Source: Candidatus Saccharimonadota bacterium (GTDB taxonomy: Bacteria; Patescibacteriota; Saccharimonadia; Saccharimonadales; 2-12-FULL-41-12). From it: a stretch of DNA of 64,000 nt. This document shows, in pieces, positions 29,187-38,406 of this stretch; the first letter of the stretch is position 1, and each line of letters begins with the position of its first letter. Where the stretch lies: positions 6,503-70,502 of the forward strand of contig JALHOM010000005.1 of assembly GCA_022842995.1 (NCBI GenBank), in the 5' to 3' direction. Made by a program: the position numbers and the translations under genes. The notes beneath the pieces were generated by a model that was not told the origin of the DNA, searched no databases, and was given only the letters and a program-made list of their open reading frames with translations.

Positions 29187-30197
29187 TTAGCGACGAGGCA
29201 GTTCGACGTAAAATGTCGTGCCATGGCCGAGTCGACTGCGTACTTCTATGTGGCCGCCGAGCGAATCGGTAATTTGTTTAGCGATCGCCAGCCCAAGACC
29301 ATAGCCGTCGCTTTCTTTGTCTTTACCGCGTGATTTATCTGATCTATAGAATCTATCAAAAATATGCGGCATGTCCTCAGCAGGGATCCCAGGTCCTTGA
29401 TCTATGACGCTGAACCTATAGGCGTGTCGTGAGGCCTTTGTCTCGAGGCGGATAGTTGATTTTGGCGGGCTATATTTGGCGGCATTATCTATTAAAATGA
29501 CCAAAACCTGCGTCAGGCTTTGAGGTTCGCTGCGGAATGAAAAATCGCTTACTTTTTTCTGGTCAATGGTAATCTTTTTGCGACTTATTTTGGGCTGGTT
29601 TTTGTCCAAGGCCTCGTCGATTATTTGGCGTGCCGAAATTTTTTCGAAGATACTTTCTACGTTTTCTTGGCGAGCCAGCTGTAAAAGCCCGGTAGTGAGT
29701 TGTTCTAATTTAACTATCTCTTCTAAGTTGGATTTCAGTGTTTGCCGGGCTTCTTTGAGGGTGAGATTGTTGTCGCGCAGGGCAACTTCAATCTCGCTTT
29801 TCATAACTGTTAGTGGGGTGCGAATTTCGTGCGAGGCATCGGACGCAAAGCGATCTTGGGCCTCAATAACCTCTTCGATAGGCCTTAAGGCTTGGTAGGC
29901 CAAAATATAGCTCAACAGGCCTCCAATGACCAATGTAATAAGGTTAAAGGCAATCAAGCGTTCCCGAAGGTTCTCGCGCGCTGCTTCGAGTTTTTCTGCT
30001 CGTAGTCTGTCGAAATCGTCCAAGAAGGAAAATCGAACTTCCCGGGGTATGGCGATATTACGCTGGCCACGCAGCTCGGTATCCGATATCCGATAAATTG
30101 CAAAGCTAAATCCAATACTCATTACCATGATGATAATGAGATACGTTCCTGCGAGCTTGAGGCGCGGGCCTTTAAGACGGGCGAGTACGGGACTCAT
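29187..30197 (-). CDS. Sensor histidine kinase
   Basis: H-box ASHEIRTPL, N-box LIDNAAKYS, DQGPGI, FDRFYR, GYGLGLAI. Confidence 0.95.
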   Translation of the reverse strand: MSPVLARLKGPRLKLAGTYLIIIMVMSIGFSFAIYRISDTELRGQRNIAIPREVRFSFLDDFDRLRAEKLEAARENLRERLIAFNLITLVIGGLLSYILAYQALRPIEEVIEAQDRFASDASHEIRTPLTVMKSEIEVALRDNNLTLKEARQTLKSNLEEIVKLEQLTTGLLQLARQENVESIFEKISARQIIDEALDKNQPKISRKKITIDQKKVSDFSFRSEPQSLTQVLVILIDNAAKYSPPKSTIRLETKASRHAYRFSVIDQGPGIPAEDMPHIFDRFYRSDKSRGKDKESDGYGLGLAIAKQITDSLGGHIEVRSRLGHGTTFYVELPRR

Positions 30198-30862
30198 GGC
30201 TCTATCTTATACCCAAATCCTCTCACGGTGTGAAGAAGCGGCTTTTTAAATGGCTTGTCAACTTTTGTACGAAGATAGCCCATGTACACCTCGACATTGT
30301 TTGGTAAGATGTCTGATTCAAAATCCCAGACGTGCTCGATGATATTTTCTTTAGACAAAACTCGTCCTTCGTTCCGCATCAGGTATTCCAAAAGTGCAAA
30401 TTCTTTGTTAGAAAGCTGAATTGATTTATTCTGGCGTTCAACCGCAAAAGTGGTGGTGTTAAGGCTGAGGTCACCGACGGTCAGTATGTCTGATTGAGTT
30501 TCTTTTGGTCTACGCAGGAGGGCTCTAATGCGGGCCAATAATTCTTCGAAAGAGAACGGCTTAGGCAGGTAGTCATCGGCGCCGGCGTTGAGTCCCTCGA
30601 CGCGTTCTTTGATCTGAGATTTGGCAGTCAGCATGAGTACTGGAGTGTGGATTTTTTCGTCGCGCAGTTTACGGCAGATTTCGACACCGTCTAGTCCGGG
30701 CAGCATTCGATCAAGGATGATGAGGTCGTATGGCAGGGTTGATGCGGCGCCAAATCCGGATTCGCCGTCATACTCTACGTCTACCGCGAAACTTTCTTGG
30801 CTTAAGCCCCGTTTAATAGCGGCGGCAATTTTATAATCATCTTCGACGAGTAATAATCGCAT
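30194..30862 (-). CDS. OmpR/PhoB-family response regulator
   Basis: MRLLLVEDD, LDRMLPG, GADDYLPKPF, TVRGFGY; start moved to ATG 30862; ATGA overlap with the kinase. Confidence 0.95.
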   Translation of the reverse strand: MRLLLVEDDYKIAAAIKRGLSQESFAVDVEYDGESGFGAASTLPYDLIILDRMLPGLDGVEICRKLRDEKIHTPVLMLTAKSQIKERVEGLNAGADDYLPKPFSFEELLARIRALLRRPKETQSDILTVGDLSLNTTTFAVERQNKSIQLSNKEFALLEYLMRNEGRVLSKENIIEHVWDFESDILPNNVEVYMGYLRTKVDKPFKKPLLHTVRGFGYKIEP

Positions 30863-30937
30863 AGTAACTTCATTGTAGTATATCTTTACTGAGAGACGGC
30901 TGTGATAAGCCCGAGTATGGTATGGTAGATTCTGCAC

Positions 30938-31681
30938 ATGAAATACAAGCGCCGCCGATTATATGTATTATTATTTTTGATTCTTGCACTACTGGGTGGT
31001 TATGGGTTTGAAGCCGGCAAAAAATATCTCGATAACACCGATCAAAGCAGCGTATCTACCGTGCTTGGTGTTGCTGAAAATGGCGATGTATCGAATGTTG
31101 ATACTCGCAAGGCTGTCGATGTCCTGGAAGAGTTAGAAGTAAAGGGCCGTGCTCCAAAAACGGGCTATAAACGAGACCAATACGGCAGTGGCTGGGCCAA
31201 AGTTGGGCAGTGTGACGTCAGGAACTTCATCTTAAAAAGGGATTTGACAGAAGTGGTTGTAAAATCCGATCAAGATTGCACCGTGTTGAGCGGCAGGCTG
31301 GACGACCCCTATACCGCGAAATCGATTGAGTTTAAAAGAGGTCCAGATACTAGTGATGACGTACAGATTGACCACGTCGTAGCCCTTTCTGATTCGTGGC
31401 AAAAAGGCGCCCAAGGACTGTCGCCAGCCGAGCGGGAGGCTCTGGCAAATGACCCGTTAAATTTGTTGGCAGTGGAGGGCAAGGTAAATAGCGATAAAGG
31501 CGATGGTGACGCAGCCACCTGGCTACCGCCGAATAAATCTTACCGTTGCCGCTATGTGGCTCGACAGATTGCCGTTAAGCAAGAGTATCGGCTATGGGTG
31601 ACAGAGGCCGAAAAGACTGCCATGAAACGTGTGCTCAAGGATTGTCCAGATCAAGTCTTGCCTCTTGTTCGGGGTAATTAG
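30938..31681 (+). CDS. Membrane-anchored HNH-type nuclease (DUF1524/GmrSD C-terminal-like)
   Basis: QIDHVVAL, ANDPLNLLAV...N..KGD.DAA.WLP; N-terminal TM helix. Confidence 0.85.
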   Translation: MKYKRRRLYVLLFLILALLGGYGFEAGKKYLDNTDQSSVSTVLGVAENGDVSNVDTRKAVDVLEELEVKGRAPKTGYKRDQYGSGWAKVGQCDVRNFILKRDLTEVVVKSDQDCTVLSGRLDDPYTAKSIEFKRGPDTSDDVQIDHVVALSDSWQKGAQGLSPAEREALANDPLNLLAVEGKVNSDKGDGDAATWLPPNKSYRCRYVARQIAVKQEYRLWVTEAEKTAMKRVLKDCPDQVLPLVRGN

Positions 31682-31776
31682 AAGCTCTAAAATAAATGAC
31701 GAAAATCTGAAATATTATGCCAAACAAAGCATGAGCAATTGCTCTTTGCGGACCTGTGGCGCTACAGTGTGGGCCC

Positions 31777-33261
31777 ATGAGGCGACGCGACGTTCATGTT
31801 CGGATTCATTATGCAGGATTAGTATTCTGTGTGTCTTTTCTTGTTGGGTTGGTCGTCGGGTTATTTTCTGGATTTGAAACACGCTTTAACGTGCTTTGGA
31901 TAATTGGTTCGGTGTTACTGCTTCCGTTGGTTGTGGCGCTACTACGGATGAAATTATTTTCGGTGGTGACTTTAGTAGTGGCCTCAGGGTTTATGATTGG
32001 GAATTTTCTTGGCGTTGGAGCTATCCAGGAGCGACAACAACTATCGACGCAGGCAGGGAAATCGATGGTTATTAGTGGACGAATTACCGACGACGTTCGT
32101 CAATCAGCCGAGGACGGAAAGTTGCAGTTTGCTCTCTCGGGGTTGTCGGTAGACGGGCGAGAATACGAGGGTAAAATTTGGGTGAATCTGGCATCTCAAG
32201 AACTAACTACCCTAAAAAGGGGTGATAGCGTAGAAGTAAAAGGCTTTGCTTTGCCAGGGTTTGGCGCCTACGGGCTTAGTCTCGGGAGGGCTGAAGTTAT
32301 GAGTCTCAGTCAAACGAGCAATCAAGATATAGGGCTGCAAGCGAGAGATACTTTTGCTGCGGCTACGGAAGGTAGCTTGCCCGAGCCAGAACGATCTTTG
32401 GGACTGGGCTATTTGTTAGGCATGAAGACAAATTTACCAGAGGACCTATCGAGCAATATTCAGATGCTCGGATTAACGCATATTGTGGTTGCGAGTGGTT
32501 ACAATCTGACGATTCTTGTTAACTTGGCACGCGGCTTGTTCCAAAAAATATCTAAATATCTAAGCTTCGCTACAGGACTTGGCATGGTCGGTTCCTTTAT
32601 CGCCATTACTGGCTTTAGCCCCTCTATGACTCGGGCTGGTTTGGTGGCGACACTTTCGCTTCTGGCGTGGTATTACGGGAGGAAATTTCACCCCATAAAA
32701 CTCTTGATTTATGCCGCTAGTATCACCCTGGCCTATAACCCTAGCTATTTGCTCGGTGATGTTGGTTGGTATTTATCTTTCACGGCTTTTGCGGGGATTT
32801 TGATCATCGCGCCGTTAATTACGAGGTATTTTTATCCTGATCCAGATAAAGTGTCGCTTATTCCCGAGACAGTTATTGCGACCTTTTCTGCCCAGCTGGC
32901 GACGTTGCCGATTATTTTGCATGTCTTCGGAAGTTTTTCGCTACTTTCGATAGTGGCCAATGTATTGATCGTGCCGATTATTCCATTTGCTATGTTGTCT
33001 GTTTTTGTGTCGGGATTAAGCGGTCTTTTATTGCCGTTTTTGGCGGGCATCATTTCGTTGCCGGCAGTTTGGATATTGAAATACTGTACGTTAGTTATAA
33101 ATTTTATTGCCAGCTTTGAGTTGAGTCCAGTTTCTTATAAGGCTGACTTATCGCACGTCATGACAATGTACGGAATCGGGTCCGTTTTAGTGCTCTGGCT
33201 GATGTTTAAAACCAAGCATCGTTTTGTAACGTATTCAAAGAAAGTAGAAGTAGGTTCATGA
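31777..33261 (+). CDS. comEC: ComEC/Rec2 competence protein (OB plus competence domain, no beta-lactamase domain)
   Basis: GLTHIVVASGYNL, SPSMTRAG, DVGWYLSF.AFAG, ANVLIVP; the protein ends after the TM domain. Confidence 0.88.
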   Translation: MRRRDVHVRIHYAGLVFCVSFLVGLVVGLFSGFETRFNVLWIIGSVLLLPLVVALLRMKLFSVVTLVVASGFMIGNFLGVGAIQERQQLSTQAGKSMVISGRITDDVRQSAEDGKLQFALSGLSVDGREYEGKIWVNLASQELTTLKRGDSVEVKGFALPGFGAYGLSLGRAEVMSLSQTSNQDIGLQARDTFAAATEGSLPEPERSLGLGYLLGMKTNLPEDLSSNIQMLGLTHIVVASGYNLTILVNLARGLFQKISKYLSFATGLGMVGSFIAITGFSPSMTRAGLVATLSLLAWYYGRKFHPIKLLIYAASITLAYNPSYLLGDVGWYLSFTAFAGILIIAPLITRYFYPDPDKVSLIPETVIATFSAQLATLPIILHVFGSFSLLSIVANVLIVPIIPFAMLSVFVSGLSGLLLPFLAGIISLPAVWILKYCTLVINFIASFELSPVSYKADLSHVMTMYGIGSVLVLWLMFKTKHRFVTYSKKVEVGS

Positions 33262-35006
33262 ATAAGATTTTCGCCAACTATGAGTTAATGAAGACTGGTC
33301 TGTTCCGCGTCACGGCGCTAGTCTGCGCCGTAATTTATGCATTAATTTTTGGAGCTAGCACAGTTATGGCTATGCCGGTAATCTCTGGGTTGAAAACGGG
33401 TGATTCAGCGTCCGCTGCGCGGGAATATGTGTCGATTTATAATAATTCTTCGGAAGCGCAAGATGTTTCTGGCTGGTGCTTGGTTTATGCGTCGGCGAGT
33501 GACGCTACCAAGACAAATTTGGGCTGTTTAACCCCGCCCGCAAATAGCAAGTTAATGATTGAGCCGTGGAGTTCGGCGACATTTGCAACCAATGAATTTG
33601 TAACTTCGGTGTCTAGTTTTTCGCCTGATGTGGCGTTTAAGGCGGGCATAAGTGCGAGTGGTGGGCATTTGCGATTAGTCGATAGCACCAAAAATGAGGT
33701 CGACAAATTAGGTTGGGGTACGGCCGTTAGTCCAGAAGGGACTGCGATCACTGCTCCGGCGAGCGGTAAGATACTTCTCAGGAAATCGGCGAGCGACCCT
33801 CTTCGTTTGGTAGATACCAACAATAATACGAGCGATTTTATGGAAACGTTGCTTCAGGCTTTGCCGGCATCGGGACTGTATGAAGAGTTATTGCCTCAGG
33901 ACGTGTGCGGAAACATCGACGGCCTACAGATATCAATCCCTGATGATTATTTTGCACAGCCAGAGGGTGTTTGCCTGCAGGATATTTGCGATAACATCGA
34001 AGGACTCCAGGTAGGTGTACCGGCAGGATATGAATCACTTGACGGCGAAAACTGCCATGAAAAACCACCTGTTGTATACGAAAAAATTTTAATCACCGAG
34101 CTGAAGCCTAACGCTACTGGTGTCGACGACGGGCAAGAATTTATTGAACTACATAATCCCTCTAGTGTAGCGGTTAATCTGGAGGGTTATGTCTTGGCGC
34201 TTGGACCAACGTTTTTCAAGACATATACTTTGCCTTCACTGCAGATTGATCCGCTAGGTTATCTGGTTTTGAGCGATGCTCAGACGGGCATTATTTTACC
34301 TAACTCCAGTGCTTCAATGAGGCTTTCGGACCCAAATGGGGCGGTGGTTTCACAAACCGATGTTTACGATAGCCCTAAAGACGATGCCTCGTGGTCGCTG
34401 ATCGATAATTTGTGGACGTACTCAGAGGCCCTGTCGCCGGGTAGTGTTAATGTGGCTTCGACAGTCTCGGGTATAGGAGGTATTCCGGCAACTGGTAGTA
34501 CAGAAGACTGTGGTCCGGGCAAATTTAGGAATCCTGAAACAAATCGCTGCAAGACCATAGAAACAGAGGATGACCTCAAGGTTTGTGCTGCTAACCAAGA
34601 ACGGAACCCAGAGACCAATCGTTGTCGGAGCGTTTTGACTGAGTCTGGATTAGTTCCATGCAAAGAAGGGCAAGAGCGAAACCCCGAGACAAACCGCTGT
34701 CGTAGTGTATTATCTGCTACTTCTGTGCTTGCTCCATGCCCTGCTGGACAAGAAAGGAATCCTGAAACAAATCGCTGCCGAAAGTCAGGTCTTGATACGT
34801 CGTCTGGTCTAAGTGCCGTTCAGGATATCGAAAGTGGCGGTTCTGGGCAGGCAGGCGTGTCGATAGGTAAAGGTCTTGCTATGGTGGCGGCGATAGTTGC
34901 CTTGTGTCTCGGCTACCTTATGTATGAGTGGCGGATTGAAATCCGTCGACTGGTCCGGCATTCTTTCCGCCGAATAGTCATGAGAAAATCCGTTGGCACT
35001 TCCTAG
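33258..35006 (+). CDS. Lamin-tail-domain surface protein with Cys repeats and C-terminal TM
   Basis: Two LTD-like units (EYVSIYN, ITELKPN..EFIELHN), four C-x5-RNPETNRC repeats, C-terminal TM; ATGA overlap with comEC. Confidence 0.82.
   Translation: MNKIFANYELMKTGLFRVTALVCAVIYALIFGASTVMAMPVISGLKTGDSASAAREYVSIYNNSSEAQDVSGWCLVYASASDATKTNLGCLTPPANSKLMIEPWSSATFATNEFVTSVSSFSPDVAFKAGISASGGHLRLVDSTKNEVDKLGWGTAVSPEGTAITAPASGKILLRKSASDPLRLVDTNNNTSDFMETLLQALPASGLYEELLPQDVCGNIDGLQISIPDDYFAQPEGVCLQDICDNIEGLQVGVPAGYESLDGENCHEKPPVVYEKILITELKPNATGVDDGQEFIELHNPSSVAVNLEGYVLALGPTFFKTYTLPSLQIDPLGYLVLSDAQTGIILPNSSASMRLSDPNGAVVSQTDVYDSPKDDASWSLIDNLWTYSEALSPGSVNVASTVSGIGGIPATGSTEDCGPGKFRNPETNRCKTIETEDDLKVCAANQERNPETNRCRSVLTESGLVPCKEGQERNPETNRCRSVLSATSVLAPCPAGQERNPETNRCRKSGLDTSSGLSAVQDIESGGSGQAGVSIGKGLAMVAAIVALCLGYLMYEWRIEIRRLVRHSFRRIVMRKSVGTS
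34509..34781 (+). repeat. Four intragenic repeats encoding RNPETNRC
   Basis: CGPGKFRNPETNRC, CAANQERNPETNRC, CKEGQERNPETNRC, CPAGQERNPETNRC. Confidence 0.9.
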
Positions 35007-35054
35007 AGTACTTATTCGACAAGCTCATTAAATGAAGTCAGGAGCCTATTCGAA

Positions 35055-35231
35055 TTAGTGAAGAAGTCCTGATTTTTTGGCCTTAGAAAACACCTCACGC
35101 TTGAGCGAATCTTTGTTGGTTAGCGCTAGTTCGATCTCTGTCGATATATCTACGAGTGAATGTTTGAGGCGGTGTGTTTGTTTGTGTAGTTTATCGACGT
35201 GTAATACGTTTACGACGATGTCGCCTCTCAT
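35055..35231 (-). CDS. Small hypothetical protein (58 aa)
   Basis: MRGDIVVNVLHVDKLHKQTHRLKHS...LLH*, strong RBS AAGGGAGG; below the ORF-track cut-off. Confidence 0.55.
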   Translation of the reverse strand: MRGDIVVNVLHVDKLHKQTHRLKHSLVDISTEIELALTNKDSLKREVFSKAKKSGLLH

Positions 35232-35276
35232 GGTTGCCCTCCCTTAAAAATAATGTAATTTGGTTAACTTCGAACG

Positions 35277-35429
35277 TCAGGTCTCGGATTTTTTTGGCAC
35301 ACTGTGTGATTTAAATAAGTTTTTTTCGTAGTTTCGATACAGCGAATCGTGGGTGGCTATGTGGCTGATTTCTTTGGAGCTGCTGCCGATACCTTGTTTA
35401 AGTAGTTGTTTTATATTGCTTTTACGCAT
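35277..35429 (-). CDS. Small basic hypothetical protein (50 aa)
   Basis: MRKSNIKQLLKQGIG...SET*, RBS GAGGAG. Confidence 0.5.
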   Translation of the reverse strand: MRKSNIKQLLKQGIGSSSKEISHIATHDSLYRNYEKNLFKSHSVPKKSET

Positions 35430-35529
35430 TGATAACTCCTCTTAACTTACGTAGTATTGGTACTTACTACTATAGACATTAAGCTGAGAATTTAATGTGA
35501 GGTATCGTATGTTATTTGTGTGATAAAAA

Positions 35530-36018
35530 TCATTCAAATCTTAATACTTCGAACTGGTCATAGCCTCCATCATTGGGCCGCGAGAAATTAGCCATACGTA
35601 TTTCAGTAGGTTTTATAGAGTAAGCCACGTACCTGCCGGCATCGATCAGGGTTGAGATTGGTGGTATACCAGATTCAGAGTTATTCTCAACGATTTTGAT
35701 GAGCTCGCTAAAGATGGGGCTGGCTTCTTCGGTGTCGGTTATGTCAATTGCTTCACCTTCTACGGTGACGACTGTTTGGCTGTGGGCTTCAAAGACGACG
35801 AATGACACCTTGGGGTTGTGTTGAATATTTTGTGATTTAGTGGTGTCTTTTTTGGTCAGGAAACGGATTGTAAGATCCGTGCCAACCGTGTAATACATCA
35901 CTGATCCATACGGGGAATTGTCAGGCCCGACGGTCGATAACGTTCCGACAAAATTATTCATCAAAAAAGCCCGAACATTGTCAAAAGTTTCCGGTGAGTT
36001 GTGTAGTTTGGTGTCCAT
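35530..36018 (-). CDS. Pyridoxamine 5'-phosphate oxidase-like FMN-binding protein
   Basis: GTLSTV..D..PY, T...T.K.QNI..NPKVSF; RBS AAGGAGG. Confidence 0.85.
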   Translation of the reverse strand: MDTKLHNSPETFDNVRAFLMNNFVGTLSTVGPDNSPYGSVMYYTVGTDLTIRFLTKKDTTKSQNIQHNPKVSFVVFEAHSQTVVTVEGEAIDITDTEEASPIFSELIKIVENNSESGIPPISTLIDAGRYVAYSIKPTEIRMANFSRPNDGGYDQFEVLRFE

Positions 36019-36102
36019 AGCCCCTCCTTTTAGAGTTTATGCCTATGTGGAGAGTGTAGTCTAAGTATGCTGATTTTGGTGCGACATACGTCACACTGGA
36101 TA

Positions 36103-36966
36103 TTACCAGTCTATTTTGAATAAGCTTGGAATTGCTCGCTTGGCATAAGATTTTGCTAGCAATTTTAATTCTGATTTGATGCCGTTTATTGATTTTTTTA
36201 GATTAAGTTGGTTAGGGTCAAGAGATTTTTCAAATAGTGGATAACCAGGATCTCTTGGAAGGATAGGGTCATCGGAGGCAGTCAGATCATGGATTATATG
36301 AATTAATTGTAGTGCAACTGTTTTTCTGCGATCTTCGTTGGGATTTTGTTGGAACGTGTATGCTGCATCAGGGAACATTTCGTAATAAAGGTCTGCGACG
36401 AAAGCTTCGTTTTCCGGGTTGCTACCTTGAATGCTAACAGAAACCACTGAGTCCGGGTTGTCCGCTAGTTCGGTCAGCGTTTCGGAGTGAGACGAGGCAA
36501 TTTGTAGGTCGGGATTTATTAATCCGATACCATGAATCTTATCTGCATTTTGGCCGGCAATAGACAATGCCAAATTGCATGCTGTTGATCCAATAGCAAT
36601 GATACTTCGACTTCCAGAATCAGCCAGGAGATCTTTATTGATTTCTTGATCTGGCTTGACCAGTAAGTTCCCTATAAATTGAGCGAGTCTGCCCTTTGCT
36701 AACCGAGGTTTTCGCGAAATGTCCAGGGTGGTCACAGGGGCTTCATATAAGCCGGCGGCTATCGTTGATAATTCTTTTGTGATATTTGGGTCGTTGCTTT
36801 CAAGTATCAAGAGCAGGGGTGAGGTTATGCTGGTGGTGTTTGGGGGCAGCGTAGTTGTACTGTTTTTGAGGCCATCTACAATAAATGCTCCAAAATTTGG
36901 GCTGCCAGTTTCTAAGAGTCCTTCTTGGCCCGCTCCGGGGCTACGTAATAACATCGTTACATCCAC
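36103..36966 (-). CDS. Hypothetical protein (possibly degenerate alpha/beta-hydrolase fold)
   Basis: IIAIGSTACNLALSIA...IHGIGLINP resembles the hydrolase elbow region but lacks GxSxG. Confidence 0.5.
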   Translation of the reverse strand: MDVTMLLRSPGAGQEGLLETGSPNFGAFIVDGLKNSTTTLPPNTTSITSPLLLILESNDPNITKELSTIAAGLYEAPVTTLDISRKPRLAKGRLAQFIGNLLVKPDQEINKDLLADSGSRSIIAIGSTACNLALSIAGQNADKIHGIGLINPDLQIASSHSETLTELADNPDSVVSVSIQGSNPENEAFVADLYYEMFPDAAYTFQQNPNEDRRKTVALQLIHIIHDLTASDDPILPRDPGYPLFEKSLDPNQLNLKKSINGIKSELKLLAKSYAKRAIPSLFKIDW

Positions 36967-37095
36967 ACTATTTAACCTATGTATAATATAACATTTTAGA
37001 TATTAATGCAATTTTTATGAATTCTCTTGTTGCAAAAATCCACAAAAATGCGACATATTTGCAAAAATCTTTTTATTTCACATAATATGTGTAGT

Positions 37096-37986
37096 ATGAC
37101 TAAACCTGATATCGCTCCTGGACAACTCGAAGATGCGGCAGGAATTTTTGGAGAAAAAATTGAAATCTCGCTCGGCGGTGCAGATAAGCATAGGCTTTAC
37201 AGGCCCGACAACTCTGATCTTCCAAGGCCATCATCAGGCGATTTTTTTGCAAAACTAGCAGTTCATCGTGGCTTATTGTCCGAAGCAGGTATGTCGCCCG
37301 AGATCAAAATAGGTGAGAGGTTTGCTCTTCAGGACCATGGTAATTTACGTGTTACTGTCGGGGTGCCAACTCGCGATAATAAGTTGATATATTTCCCTGG
37401 TGTGATTTTACCTGCTAGCCCAGGCGATGTGATGCGTCAGGGCGGCCTTTGCGTTGGTTTTTTGTCCTCAGCGGCAGACGTTCAGTTAAGCGCGACAGAT
37501 CTTAATGTGTTCTCGGCGTTGCAACAGGGTTTGCTTGACGATCTTTATCTCAAGCACACATCCAACGAACTTGATCACGGAAATGGCTCTGGTCACTCTG
37601 GAAATTCAGGGCTGAACGTAGCTGAGATATCTCACGCTTCAATGATTGCCGTTAGCGCAGGCGGGAGAAATATTCATCGGCAAGTTCACGACATGGCAGA
37701 TACCGGCTTTGCGCGAACATTTGCCAAAACAGGCAATCTTGATTTTAATTCCGGAGTGAATGGTGGTTCTCGTCAAGTCAGGAGTGAAGTTGTTCCTGTT
37801 GATAAAATTTATAGCCTGCATGTTTTTGAGAGCCAACAGCCCCCTGCGGGCCAGCGTAATTCATTTGACTTGCGGGGGCTAAGCTCTAGAGAGGTTTCGG
37901 TAGGCCTGGCCATGGTCAGCGCTTTGACTCGTGGCATAACTCCGGATATTGTTCAGAACACACAAGCTATGGCGGAAGGACATTGA
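37096..37986 (+). CDS. Hypothetical protein
   Basis: Long ORF with no recognisable motif; start uncertain. Confidence 0.6.
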   Translation: MTKPDIAPGQLEDAAGIFGEKIEISLGGADKHRLYRPDNSDLPRPSSGDFFAKLAVHRGLLSEAGMSPEIKIGERFALQDHGNLRVTVGVPTRDNKLIYFPGVILPASPGDVMRQGGLCVGFLSSAADVQLSATDLNVFSALQQGLLDDLYLKHTSNELDHGNGSGHSGNSGLNVAEISHASMIAVSAGGRNIHRQVHDMADTGFARTFAKTGNLDFNSGVNGGSRQVRSEVVPVDKIYSLHVFESQQPPAGQRNSFDLRGLSSREVSVGLAMVSALTRGITPDIVQNTQAMAEGH

Positions 37987-37988
37987 TC

Positions 37989-38396
37989 ATGAGCGGACAG
38001 TTCCAGGGCCATGTCGTCACGCCTGAAGTTTTCTTGCCCGCTGTCGAAGACGACTCATTCTTCTCTCTAGAAACAACGTTTGATGAGCTCGTTAAGGCTG
38101 CCGTGGATTCACCAGAAGACGAGGTTGTATTTGAACAGATCCAGTCCATTTTATCGGATGCTGCTTCACGTGAGAGAATTGATTTTGTCATGCGTAGTGC
38201 TATGCAGCTAGGGGCTATGGCTTGTCTTCATAACCATATGCAAGGACTTGCGTCGATGGCCGAAGGTTTGGTGTTCGACGGTCAAGGGCATGGCGGTGAG
38301 CGTGATGACGGGCATGGGCATGGACATTCTTCCAAAGATGAAGATGTCTGCCTAAGTGGTAAATGTGGCACTTGTAAATCCTGTAAGAAGAAATAA
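37989..38396 (+). CDS. Hypothetical protein with His-rich and Cys-rich C-terminus
   Basis: ACLHNH; GHGHGH...CLSGKCGTCKSCKKK. Confidence 0.65.
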   Translation: MSGQFQGHVVTPEVFLPAVEDDSFFSLETTFDELVKAAVDSPEDEVVFEQIQSILSDAASRERIDFVMRSAMQLGAMACLHNHMQGLASMAEGLVFDGQGHGGERDDGHGHGHSSKDEDVCLSGKCGTCKSCKKK

Positions 38397-38406
38397 AGTA
38401 GCCAAA

